From Neodothiora populina (Eukaryota): a stretch of 64,000 nucleotides of DNA. Below, piece by piece: positions 49,741 through 59,747 of this stretch. A program made the translations under genes and the position numbers. The notes beneath the pieces are model-generated. The model saw nothing but the letters and a program-made list of their open reading frames with translations, had not been told where the DNA came from and searched no databases. The stretch's first letter is position 1, and every line of letters begins with the position of its first letter. The stretch spans positions 1,488,001-1,552,000 of the forward strand of contig NW_027191409.1 in assembly GCF_041146345.1 (NCBI RefSeq). Direction: 5' to 3'.

Positions 49741-51543
49741 CTACTCGACAATCTCCAGCTCGCCCTTTCGGTGCTTCGCAAACACATCCTTCCACTCGTC
49801 CCAGATGCGCACAAGCTCATCGACGTACTTGGCGTGGATCTCGTCGACGTACTCCTGGCTGGGCCTCTCCATCCTGTCGACCATGATCGGTCTTCCAACA
49901 ACAATATTCAGCGGACGACGGTAAGGCATCATGCCGACATCATAGTTGAAGACGCCTCGTGCATGAAACAACGGCACAGTGAAGCCCATTGCTTTCTTGA
50001 CGGCGAGTTGGACCTTGTGGATCCAAGGGTGGCCGTCCGGGTCGAACTGCTCGTAGAGTTCGTTTTCGCCGAACGCCAGCACGGGGACCAGATCTGCGCC
50101 TGTGCGGATGGCGAGCTTGATGAAGCCCTTTCTGCGTGCTAGCACGAGGCGCAGCACGCCGGGTTGGGCGTCGAGGCTCTCGCGGGCTCCGCCCACTACG
50201 ATTGTTATGGCGCGGCCCATGCCTTCTTTGTTCGGTCCGCCTTTTGACAAGATGTTTTCGCACGACTCGCGGGACACGGATGCAAGGCCTAGACGGAGGG
50301 CGTAGTCTCTGTATAGCGGGATGCGAAAGTTGGAGTCGAGGGTCAGGAGGGTGTTGGTGATGCCGGGGAACAGCTGGGGGAAACCGAGGGCTTCCGTCGC
50401 AAAGGCTCCGAATGCGCCGTGGCTGATGATGCCGTGAGGGTGGTAACCAAAGACATATTTGCGTGTCGGCGGGAGCTCTTGGGAGCGATGCAGACGTGCA
50501 GGGAAATAAGAAGCAAAGAGTGACCAGACGGGCAGGCGACGCAGCCACTCGCTGCGGTATCTCAGCGTGCCATCCGTGCCTGCCTTGCTGAACAAAACAT
50601 AAACGAGGTAGGGGAGGAGGAGTGGCCAGAGGATGGGGATAGTGCACAGAAAGAAAAACAGGGTGAGAAAAGAAACAATAGAGAGAGTGTGAATCAAGAC
50701 CATGCACGTCTGAAGACGACGCTTCAGCGGAACATTGAGAGGCGCCCAGTGGATGGCAGACTTGTCCCAGCCGGCACCCGCACGCCGGCCACTGACGAGA
50801 TCCTCTTTGCTCGATGACTTGACGTCGCTTCTGGGTTGCTCTTTCTGACCTGATCTGGGGGCATACTCGAATTGGTCGTCTGGCTTGACGCTCGTCAACT
50901 TCTCGCCGTCCTTGTTGGCAAACTTCTCGTAGACCAGCTTCGGTGGCTCGGTGTCGCTGTCGACTTCCATCTTGTTTCTGCCGTGTTGTTGGGACGAGCG
51001 TGATCCGGTCCGTCGATGCGTCAGTCTGACAATTGGAGAGCGAGGGGATGCGTCGAGGCCTTGACCGGAATATTCGTTGACGTCGTCGTCGGCGGCGGCA
51101 GCGGCAGCGACACCGTTGAGCGAAAGCTTGGGGTGGAGGACAGGTGTGTGTCCGTTGGTGGTTGATGGGTTCGCAATGGACTCGGTGGTGGTGTTGGATT
51201 GCGTGGTGGGAGGAGGCTCAGTCGCGGCGTCTGCGTAGGATTTGTCTGGATCTGGTCGTGCATCGCGTGGGTCTGGGAGCGGAGCCTGAGCCTTCACCGG
51301 CGTCATGGGTTCGTCGAGAACTTCATCTAGAGATCGAGGTTCGCTGCTTTGCCGATTGCCGAGACGAGGCGGAGTCTCTTTGATTGAGTCCTCGTCGACA
51401 TCCCTGAGGCCTCCGTTGTGGTGTGTTCCGTTCGGAGTCACGGGTCTCTCTGCTGCCGCCTCTGCGAATGACTTCTGCGGCAGCGGAGGAAGGTGCAAGA
51501 TCTCGCGGACCTGAGCATCTGTGGGTTCCGCGTTGAACGTCAT
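49741..51543 (-). CDS. DGA1: Diacylglycerol O-acyltransferase (DGAT2 family)
   Basis: WAPLNVPLKRRLQT, YFP, FGYHPHGII, VGGARESL, RKGFIKLA, PVLAFGENE, VVGRPI; long disordered N-terminus; first ATG at 51543. Confidence 0.96.
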   Translation of the reverse strand: MTFNAEPTDAQVREILHLPPLPQKSFAEAAAERPVTPNGTHHNGGLRDVDEDSIKETPPRLGNRQSSEPRSLDEVLDEPMTPVKAQAPLPDPRDARPDPDKSYADAATEPPPTTQSNTTTESIANPSTTNGHTPVLHPKLSLNGVAAAAAADDDVNEYSGQGLDASPRSPIVRLTHRRTGSRSSQQHGRNKMEVDSDTEPPKLVYEKFANKDGEKLTSVKPDDQFEYAPRSGQKEQPRSDVKSSSKEDLVSGRRAGAGWDKSAIHWAPLNVPLKRRLQTCMVLIHTLSIVSFLTLFFFLCTIPILWPLLLPYLVYVLFSKAGTDGTLRYRSEWLRRLPVWSLFASYFPARLHRSQELPPTRKYVFGYHPHGIISHGAFGAFATEALGFPQLFPGITNTLLTLDSNFRIPLYRDYALRLGLASVSRESCENILSKGGPNKEGMGRAITIVVGGARESLDAQPGVLRLVLARRKGFIKLAIRTGADLVPVLAFGENELYEQFDPDGHPWIHKVQLAVKKAMGFTVPLFHARGVFNYDVGMMPYRRPLNIVVGRPIMVDRMERPSQEYVDEIHAKYVDELVRIWDEWKDVFAKHRKGELEIVE

Positions 51544-51552
51544 TTTCCCACT

Positions 51553-51597
51553 GCTTCTGGCTTCTGGCTTCTGGCTTCTGGCTGCTGGCTGCTGCTG
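51553..51597. repeat. (GCTTCTG)n heptamer decaying into (GCT)n in the DGA1 5' leader
   Basis: gcttctggcttctggcttctggcttctggctgctggctgctgctg. Confidence 0.8.
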
Positions 51598-52524
51598 TGC
51601 TTGCTTGGTGTATGTTCCGTGCACTGTCTGTCGGGGACTTTGGTCTGTGACAACCGATTGCTGATGAACAGATTGTCACTGATTGACAAAACACATGGAC
51701 GGTGACTTGAGAATCAAGACTCGATAGGGGAATGCACAATCTCTCAACCACGCAAGACCACTCTATGCCAACGAATTCAATCCCTGGACACTCTGTGAAA
51801 CCCGTTTACTCGCATGTACTCGTACCTCTTCTGTACCTTAGCTCCCGTCAGGTTCGCCAGCAGATCTCACTGCGTATGACGTCAAGCCTGCCAAGTGCCA
51901 TCTCCTGCCGGGATCGTCAGCAAGGTTACTCCGAACTCTCTGGACGGGCCTGGGAATGGTCTTCAATCTTGAATTGCCCGATTGCGATTGGTGGTGTTGA
52001 ACAATGTGCCTTGGTAGCACTATCAAGGAGATGACTTTGTTGATCTTGAGCTGTTCTGGCGCTTGATGTTGGAGCATGATAAGCCTCATTCGCTTACATT
52101 CAAGCATAACTCTCTCCAACCAGCATATCTTATCTCTGGACAGATTGAAGACCATTTCCAGGCCTCACTCGTATCGGCGCTTGTACCCCAGAATAGTCCG
52201 AAGCAAGATACGGCACAGCAGATCAATCTTCCATGGCTGTCTTTCGAATATTATTAGAGTGAGCAGGACTGAATGTCTACGCTTCACTCACAAACAACAT
52301 CTGCTGTAGGTCAAATTGTTGACAGCTCATCGTCGCGAACGGAGCGAGTCCCATGCGCTGCAAGCTGTCGTTGCTGCTGCTGACTCACCTTACTTTGCCA
52401 CATGCCATCACGGTAGTTAACCCAATCACACTTGCCCACATGTTCTACGTCTAGCCTCCATTTTACCATCTTTCTTTTCTCTGTCTTTTATCTCCTGTGT
52501 TTACCCTAGTGGCCCTCTGCAAGC

Positions 52525-53733
52525 ATGTCATTCAGCGCCACAGGCGCAAGGAGACCCCTACAGTCACGGCAGAAAAAGAACCCTTTCCTTCATCGGACTC
52601 CATCATCACCCCTCAACAATCTCCCACGTCGCAAACCCACTTCTGCCAGTCCATCCTTGAAAAGAGCTGCAACTGAAGATCTTGCTGCATCAGAAGAGCG
52701 TCTAGACGTTACAGGTATTGTCACCAACATACCTCCACGAGGTGTGAGTCAAGATGTGGTTAGCTTGATGAGATATATACAAGCGAGCGCCTGGAATGCG
52801 ATTCCCGAGCGCGCCGCTGGCATGAACTCCACTCGGATCGCTGAAGTCTTGAACTTCCGGAAGAGCTTGCCTAAGGTAGTCTCCATGGCTCATCTACAAG
52901 CCGTGAGCAAGTCTTCGACCGCAACGGATCGCGAACTCGCTCGCTTGACCCAGGCTGGTGTCGTGCGGAAGATCAATGTCCTCGGGCGGGGCAAGGGCGG
53001 TGCTGCAATGGGAGAAGGATTGGTCCTGACTGAAGACTGGACGCGGCTCGTCGAGGAGAGCGCCGACTTGGATGATGCAGTCAAAGAGAAATACAAGAAG
53101 ACACTTGGAGAAAATCCCACTGCTCTTAATATCGATGTCACAACTTTCGAACCAAAGGAGACCTCGGACCTTGTTTCTGCTGGCTTCCTTACTTTCACGA
53201 GCTCACTAGCAAACAATGCCGAGCTCTTTGCGCGCCCTGGAGCGTGGTCGCTTGGAACACCCTCGGCCATCGCCACATCCGCAGCGACCGGCACCTTGGC
53301 CGCTGTGGGTGGTCACGGTGCCGTCCACGAGGGCGGCGGTGGAGGGGGTGGCTTGCATCCTTCTTCGCGCGTGCAGACCAAACCTGGCGGTCAATTGACC
53401 TTCTCCTTACCCGCCACCGGCTCATACCTTAGAGTCCTCACCGAGGCCCGCACTCATCTGCTACAGCTGATATCAAAGTCCTCACCGAGACACAAAGAAG
53501 CAACCAAGGATATCCTACGTGAAAGGTGGGATGGAGGCATCCCTGCCGATGATCCTTCCAGTCGAGCCAAGCGAGCGCGTGGTGAATGGACCGGAGTGCT
53601 ACCTGGAAAGACCAAGAAGTGGAAGACATTTTACGGCATGGACTTTGTCTGGATACTCGAGGAGTGTCTAGGCAGTGGCGCTGTCGAGTGTTTTGATACT
53701 GGTAGTGTCGGCCTGGGTATTCGAGCTACATGA
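52525..53733 (+). CDS. STK19: STK19 family protein
   Basis: IPERAAGMNSTRIAEVLNFRK.LP, L.ERWDGG, KKWKTFYG..F.W.LEEC.GSG.VE.FDTGSVG.G.R match the fungal Stk19 family as I recall it; no kinase motifs. Confidence 0.85.
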   Translation: MSFSATGARRPLQSRQKKNPFLHRTPSSPLNNLPRRKPTSASPSLKRAATEDLAASEERLDVTGIVTNIPPRGVSQDVVSLMRYIQASAWNAIPERAAGMNSTRIAEVLNFRKSLPKVVSMAHLQAVSKSSTATDRELARLTQAGVVRKINVLGRGKGGAAMGEGLVLTEDWTRLVEESADLDDAVKEKYKKTLGENPTALNIDVTTFEPKETSDLVSAGFLTFTSSLANNAELFARPGAWSLGTPSAIATSAATGTLAAVGGHGAVHEGGGGGGGLHPSSRVQTKPGGQLTFSLPATGSYLRVLTEARTHLLQLISKSSPRHKEATKDILRERWDGGIPADDPSSRAKRARGEWTGVLPGKTKKWKTFYGMDFVWILEECLGSGAVECFDTGSVGLGIRAT

Positions 53734-53816
53734 CCCTGAGCACCGAGAAATATTGCAATGTGGCAGACAAACTGCATTGTCATCAATGCGACACTCTACA
53801 TCTACACTGCACTCAC

Positions 53817-54866
53817 TCACAACTTGCTGCACACGCCCATGTATCCCTGGCCGATGCGCAACATATCAACAGCCTCTGTAACCATCTCTTCGACAATGGC
53901 CCTGGCTGGCTTGACTTCACCGATCACACCGGCGACTTGACCCATCAAGTATGGCATGTCAACGTCTTTGTCATCGTCCATGTCTTTTTCCATTGGAGTG
54001 ACACCTTCAACCTCGGTCAACCTCTTGATGTCTTCCGGTCGATCGTGCCAGGCCTTGATATACTCGTTCACTCGTACCCGCAGGGGCCTGCCGCTTACCA
54101 CCAGTGTTCTCAACGTGTCCTCAAACCTAGCCGTCACCACGGCATCTTTGTGGAGCTTTGAGCATCCAGCTTCCTCACTGGCGACAAACCTTGTGCCGAC
54201 CCACACCCCAACCGCTCCCTGCATCAGTGCCGCAGCAAGACCTTTACCGTTGTAAATTCCTCCAGCAGCAACCACAAGCGCAGCTTCACCAGTCAGCGGG
54301 CTCTTGTATCTTCTCGCAATCTCAACAACCGCGGGAACCAGAATATTCCCCGAGATATCACCCGTGTGACCTCCACCTTCGCCGCCCTGCGCACACACAC
54401 AATCGACGCCTGCCTCGAGCGCCTTGACCGCATGCTTCGGATGACCGATCATATTCATGATCAGAATACCCGCCTCGTGCAACCTCTCAATGACATGCTT
54501 AGGCGGCACCCCAACAGCAGAAACGAACAAGTTTGCCTTCTCCTCGATCGTCACCGTAATCAAATCATCCAGCTGGCCATTCGTGTAGTCGTGATTCGTC
54601 TTTCTCGCGTTCCCGCCCACCTGCGGCAGAGCGAGATCCACACCGAAGGGTAGATCTGGCGACGTGAGATGGGCTTTGAGCTCGTGAATGATCTCGCGTA
54701 ATTGGGCAGGTGTGTAGCCCAGTCCGCCGATGACTCCTAGTCCGCCGGCGTTACTCACTGCGGCTGCGAGTGGCCCTGAGGACGTACGTGCCATTCCGGC
54801 CAGCACGATCGGGTACTTGATCCCCAGGAGTTTGGTGAGGGGCGTCGAGAGCGTGGGTGGCGCCAT
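53817..54866 (-). CDS. Nitronate monooxygenase-like flavoprotein with PTS1 (-SKL)
   Basis: AAAVSNAGGLGVIGG, AQGGEGGGHTG, VAAGGI.NG.GLAAAL..GA.GVWVGTRF, LMGQVAG; ends CSKL*. Confidence 0.93.
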   Translation of the reverse strand: MAPPTLSTPLTKLLGIKYPIVLAGMARTSSGPLAAAVSNAGGLGVIGGLGYTPAQLREIIHELKAHLTSPDLPFGVDLALPQVGGNARKTNHDYTNGQLDDLITVTIEEKANLFVSAVGVPPKHVIERLHEAGILIMNMIGHPKHAVKALEAGVDCVCAQGGEGGGHTGDISGNILVPAVVEIARRYKSPLTGEAALVVAAGGIYNGKGLAAALMQGAVGVWVGTRFVASEEAGCSKLHKDAVVTARFEDTLRTLVVSGRPLRVRVNEYIKAWHDRPEDIKRLTEVEGVTPMEKDMDDDKDVDMPYLMGQVAGVIGEVKPARAIVEEMVTEAVDMLRIGQGYMGVCSKL

Positions 54867-56279
54867 GGTTTTGTTGCTGTTGTGTTTATAGTACTCTGTA
54901 TCACGGAATTCGTGGGCTCCGAAGAAGTGGCTACAAGTGAAGAATATGGATAGAGATCAGGTTATGGAGATGGATTATCCCACTACTTCTTCCATACATG
55001 TACCCCCGATAAAAAGGTGGTCGTACGTTTATATGAAGTGTATAAGAAGCATAGCACCGCCCTCGTCTTCCCCACACTTGATTTACCCCGCTGCCGAGGC
55101 ATCTTCTTCTCCATGTCTCTAGTCTTCCTCTAATACACAGTAATGTATGTTGCCCAACAATGCTGTATCCTACCACTGACAGTAGCTTCGCTCGGAGCAA
55201 CGGCATACGAAGTGGCTCAATCTTGCTCAACTTTGCGTGTTTCATCCGACTTGGACTGAGAGTGCACACGCAGCTCCGACTGGTGTACTATTGTCTATTA
55301 CTGCCAAACTTTCGCCTCTTCAAGTGGCTGAACAGGCGCACTCCATTTCTGTAGGGTTGTATCCACGGGAACGAGAGGAGTGTTATTGTGGCAGTGAGAC
55401 GACGAGACATATGTATCTCTGTTCTCATGCCGGAATCTTCTTTCGTTACTGATGGTTTTCTTTTTGTTTACGCACATCGAATGTATACCGGATGCGCCTG
55501 CGAGTGGCTGACATACATTCCAGATATGCGTTTTTGTTGTCGAAACAAGAGTGAGGAACAGTAAGACGCCCTCGACCTTCACTTGCGGCTGTCGTGCTCT
55601 CTACATATGAACCCAAATCGTGACATGCCTGTTCATGACCAGACCGTGTTCAGTAAGCGAAGCAATTGAATACCTGTGGGTTCGAGGATGAGGACCAGAC
55701 TTGATTATTTTCAGATCCTATGTATGCACACGGAATCATGTTACACACAAGTCGAAGACCAGACTTGGAGGTATTGCTTTCAGCGGAAAACAACATGCAG
55801 CAGGTGGCAGGGTGTTGACTTGGTTATGCGAGAATGCAGTCCATGATAAGGCGCTGTGGAGACGAACAGCACGGAGATCCTATGACGAACATGTTCGCTC
55901 TGTTCCTTGCTGTGATCTGGTCCCTAACACGAGAGGAGGAGAAGTTGCTATGCAGGTCTACAAGGTATGTATGTTCACAGTCGGCAATGCAGAGGCATAT
56001 AGTCGGGATATTCTACCTTGACATCTTCTCCGTGGCTCTGAAATCAGATGCGGTCACTTGGCAATCTCGCATTGCGTGAGAAGAACACTTCCGTCTCCAC
56101 TATAGGTACACGACCATACCCACCACCCAATAGCAACAGCAGCAGATAAACTACCGATCGCGTCTTCCGCGCGCAGATTCACATCAATAAGCAAGGAAAC
56201 AATCATTCGACGACCGACGCACGGGCAAAGCAGCAAAAAAATAGCCCCGGATCAGTGAGGTAAGCCTGGCATACAGTAC

Positions 56280-56325
56280 ATCACACCACCCGAAAAGGTC
56301 AAGGCTTCACCTCACATCACCCCAT
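56280..56325 (+). promoter_or_regulatory. Two SREBP/Sre1-type sterol regulatory elements
   Basis: ATCACACCAC 56280-56289 and ATCACCCCAT 56316-56325. Confidence 0.45.
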
Positions 56326-56534
56326 ACTCCGGACCCCCTTCGAACGCAGGTTTGTCGTTGCTTCCGCAGCGCGTCGTCCGGATGTCTGGGCCCTATTATA
56401 GTAGATTGTCTGGTGATATTGTAATATGTCGCGCATGAGTGATGGAAACAATCAGTGTTTCTTCTTTATCTTTAGCCCTTCCCTCCGCTCTGGCCCATAC
56501 CGATCCGAGGAACAGGTGATTGGGAGATTTCGTG

Positions 56535-56535
<1 letters not shown>

Positions 56536-56569
<34 letters not shown>
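56536..56569. repeat. (TG)17 microsatellite
   Basis: Uninterrupted TG run. Confidence 0.95.
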
Positions 56570-56570
<1 letters not shown>

Positions 56571-56874
56571 ACCTTGCGTGTGTGTTTGATGATTATGGGT
56601 CATGCATGTTATAGAGTAGTCGTACATGTTTTCGGTAGGTCTTGTCTGTATATAACGGACTGGTAACATCCTCTCGAAGGATTCTTTTTTTTTTATCATC
56701 ATCAGCTATAGCAATTCCAACATCATCCCCATCAAACAGTGACTATCACATCGCAGCAGCAACAAAACATTAAGACACGAGTGATACATCATCCCAAAAG
56801 AATTCCAATCTGTTTCGAACATCAACATAAGATCCGAGATCAACTCTACCAACCAACACTCCTAACCCTCAACC

Positions 56875-57172
56875 ATGGTCTCACAAACGCCCATCCGCGC
56901 CTTCATGCGCACCATCACCCGCGCCTCGCAGACTAGTCAGATCCTCAACCGCACAGCAGGCAGAGCGACGCTGCACGCACACAGCAATGCCGCCCTCGCC
57001 TCGAAATTCGGCAGGACAGCAATGGTCTACTTTCCGTTTTACGTAGCAGTACTCGGCTGGCCGGTACGTTTCAATCTTCAGGCATCTTATGATTCTATAT
57101 AAGAAGCAGGAATACTGATAGGTGAGGAAACAGTTCTTGGTCTCCAGCTACTACAGACGTCATGGTCTTTGA
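56875..57172 (+). CDS. 75-aa single-TM mitochondrial-type microprotein, Cox26-like
   Basis: ACCATGG start; exon 56875-57063, intron 57064-57133 (GTACGT..ACTGAT..CAG), exon 57134-57172. MVSQTPIRAFMRTITR...RTAGR...YFPFYVAVLGWP|FLVSSYYRRHGL*. Confidence 0.7.
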
Positions 57173-58819
57173 CTCGTGGGTAAGCCCATCCTGCTGGCCG
57201 TCGAGGGGATGGGTCCTTCGATTGAATCCTCGTATAACGCCAAGGGCGAGCGAGTCGTCCGCGATACAGAGGAGAACTTGACGGTCGAAGAAGGGCATCT
57301 CACTATCGCTCCCACTTCATAATCCAGGAGAGAGAAGACTGGCAGGTGGCTTGGTCTTATGGAGAGAAAAAGAGAAGACGAGGAAAGAGCAAGGATACGA
57401 CACTTTCTCTTTCCATCTTTTCTGCATTGCATTGCAAAAGGTGTTATCGGGGCAATGGGCCAACCAGGGAGCCATATACACTATAGCGATTTCGCATCAG
57501 CGCTGCATATTTTCATTTTGTTCGAATACCAGAATGGGGTAACAAATGGGGAGGGGGGGCGCTTCCGGGAGATATACTATCATCACTGTGTATCCAAATA
57601 TGGATGAACAGCTGACAAAACAAGCGATACTTCGACATACAAGTTCAAGATTACACACATTTCTCTGTGGTGTTGGATCCAGTACCGGTAACTACAAGCC
57701 CACTCCAAGCGTGACAACGGTCTACACGCTCTACAGCAATTCACTTATGCTGCTCGTTCTGTTCGGAGACGAAATACTCCCCTCGACTGGTCAAACGGTT
57801 CTATAAGAACTGTTCGAATAGGTCGAACCATTCGGGTATACTTCAATTGTTCACCGAGTGCGATCATGGATAGTTTATCGACCTGAGTAGACACGCAGAG
57901 CTTTGAAGTTCCTAGTACAGCCGGTCTGTTCGATTACTGTGCTAGCGCTCCTGTATGTGTATATCTGTGCACCAAATGCAAGATGCATAAAGTAAGTAAG
58001 GTACAGTACGTCGTCCCCTCTTATACCGATGCCTCACCTCACTCATCTAGGTAAAGTACTGTACAGTAGTACCTCCAAAACATCCAAGCGAAGCCAAGGC
58101 ACAGCAAGGGACCGACCCTCTACTAGTAGTAGTGGGGTAAACAGAAGCGGAGGTGAGGGGCAAAGCAGGAAACAATCACATTTTGTGGGGGTATGACGAC
58201 CGCCGGGTATCACAAGGTAGGTAAGGTAAGGTGCCTTGCAGTAGGTAATTACCCGACTGTACCTTGCATACGGTAAGGTACCTTCGTCATGGGGGACATG
58301 GCTGGATTACTTGTACGATATGATGGCATACAGTGCTATACTTGGGAGAAACAGGGTGCAGTAATCCTAAGAGGTAGCTTACTGTAGGTTGCTGTCATCG
58401 AGCAGCGGAAAAGGATACCTAGGATGTTGGCATTCGGCTAGTTGATAGAAATGAAAAAAAAAAAAGATCCCGAGGTTGATTTCGGGGTATGGTTGTGTTG
58501 TGGGTCCGGGCATATGGATGCTTTATATACTTCTGTATATCTGTACCTCAAGGTTCCTCTTTGTTTACTCTTCTGTTTTGTCTATATTGTTTTGTTTATG
58601 AGGTCTTGGAAGCTGGTTGTTCCATTCGTCTTTGTTGTATTGAGACTTATCATAGGTCGAGAGTTGGACCATCATACTCGTGTGCACGAGAGATAAAAGA
58701 GCGCGCATCTACGACGGCAACACCCTGACGAGTCAAGCCATTCCTGAGCAACGGCTGAAGTGAACCGCACACACATACACACCTCTCTGTCTCTATATCA
58801 ACCCAATCACCAAGCAACA

Positions 58820-59356
58820 ATGCCCGACCCAACCGACCCACCACAAGGCGCCTACCCCCTAACAACCAACTCCCTCTCTGCCCTCGCAACCTATACAACC
58901 CACCCATCCTCGGGCCTAGCTCTAAAATCCACCACCTCACTCCCGGCCTCCTCCATCTTCAGCCCCATCACGACCTCGACTCCGGCGCCCATAAAGCTCT
59001 ACTCGACAGTCCAGGTGTCTCGAAGCGCTCACATCGAGCTCAACTCGGCGCTGTTATATCTCAACCACTCATGCAGCCCGAGTCTGGAGATCGACACGGA
59101 GAAGATGGAAGTCAGGGTTGTGAAAGACCGGGATCTGAACGAGGGGGATGAGTTGTCGTTTTTTTACCCGAGTACGGAGTGGGCGTTTGATAGGCCTTTT
59201 GAGTGTCTCTGTGGGGCGGCGCAGAGAGGTGGGACTTGTTTGGGCATGGTCAGGGGCGCGAAGTATTTGAGTAGAGAGGAGCTGGAGAGGGGCGGGTGGT
59301 TTGTGAATAAGCATATTCTGGGGATGGTGAGGGAGAGGGATGCGGAGGGTCCATGA
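58820..59356 (+). CDS. Small stand-alone SET + post-SET domain protein
   Basis: YSTVQV, YLNHSCSPS, DLNEGDELSFFYPSTEW, FECLCGA...CLG. Confidence 0.9.
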   Translation: MPDPTDPPQGAYPLTTNSLSALATYTTHPSSGLALKSTTSLPASSIFSPITTSTPAPIKLYSTVQVSRSAHIELNSALLYLNHSCSPSLEIDTEKMEVRVVKDRDLNEGDELSFFYPSTEWAFDRPFECLCGAAQRGGTCLGMVRGAKYLSREELERGGWFVNKHILGMVRERDAEGP

Positions 59357-59747
59357 TGAAGTGGACCGAGAGGGGGTGGTTTGAGGACTGAAAGATGACT
59401 TTGCAGAGGCTGGATAGATCGGCTAGGATACTTCAATCGAGACAATATCTCTTCTCCTGCTCTACCACTGCAGTACCTGCTGGGGAACACGTGAAAAATG
59501 CAGAGGACAGAGGAGCTGGAAGGTGCTGCGGTGATAGAGCAGGATAAAAGTCAATTACTGAGCACTGGAATCTGGCATCAGGGGTGCTGCACTTTGGGGG
59601 ATGGACAATGTTTGTGAAGGCAGTCGCCAATAAATCTTTCATGACCTGGTATGATTGGAAGAAGTCGTCTACATGTTACACTTACGAGTGACGTTCGACA
59701 TCTACATACTTGTCCGGCTCAGACTATACAAAAGAGTATAATCGAGT

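Noticed and set aside
49940..50707. 255-aa alternative-frame ORF within DGA1 (similar cases in PRP28, CYM1, MDM31)
   Set aside because: Arg/Pro-rich off-frame products of GC3 bias, with no motifs.
57170..57175. TGA-CTC stop context of the microprotein as a readthrough signal
   Set aside because: Not the TGA-CTA motif, and the short extension has no PTS1.
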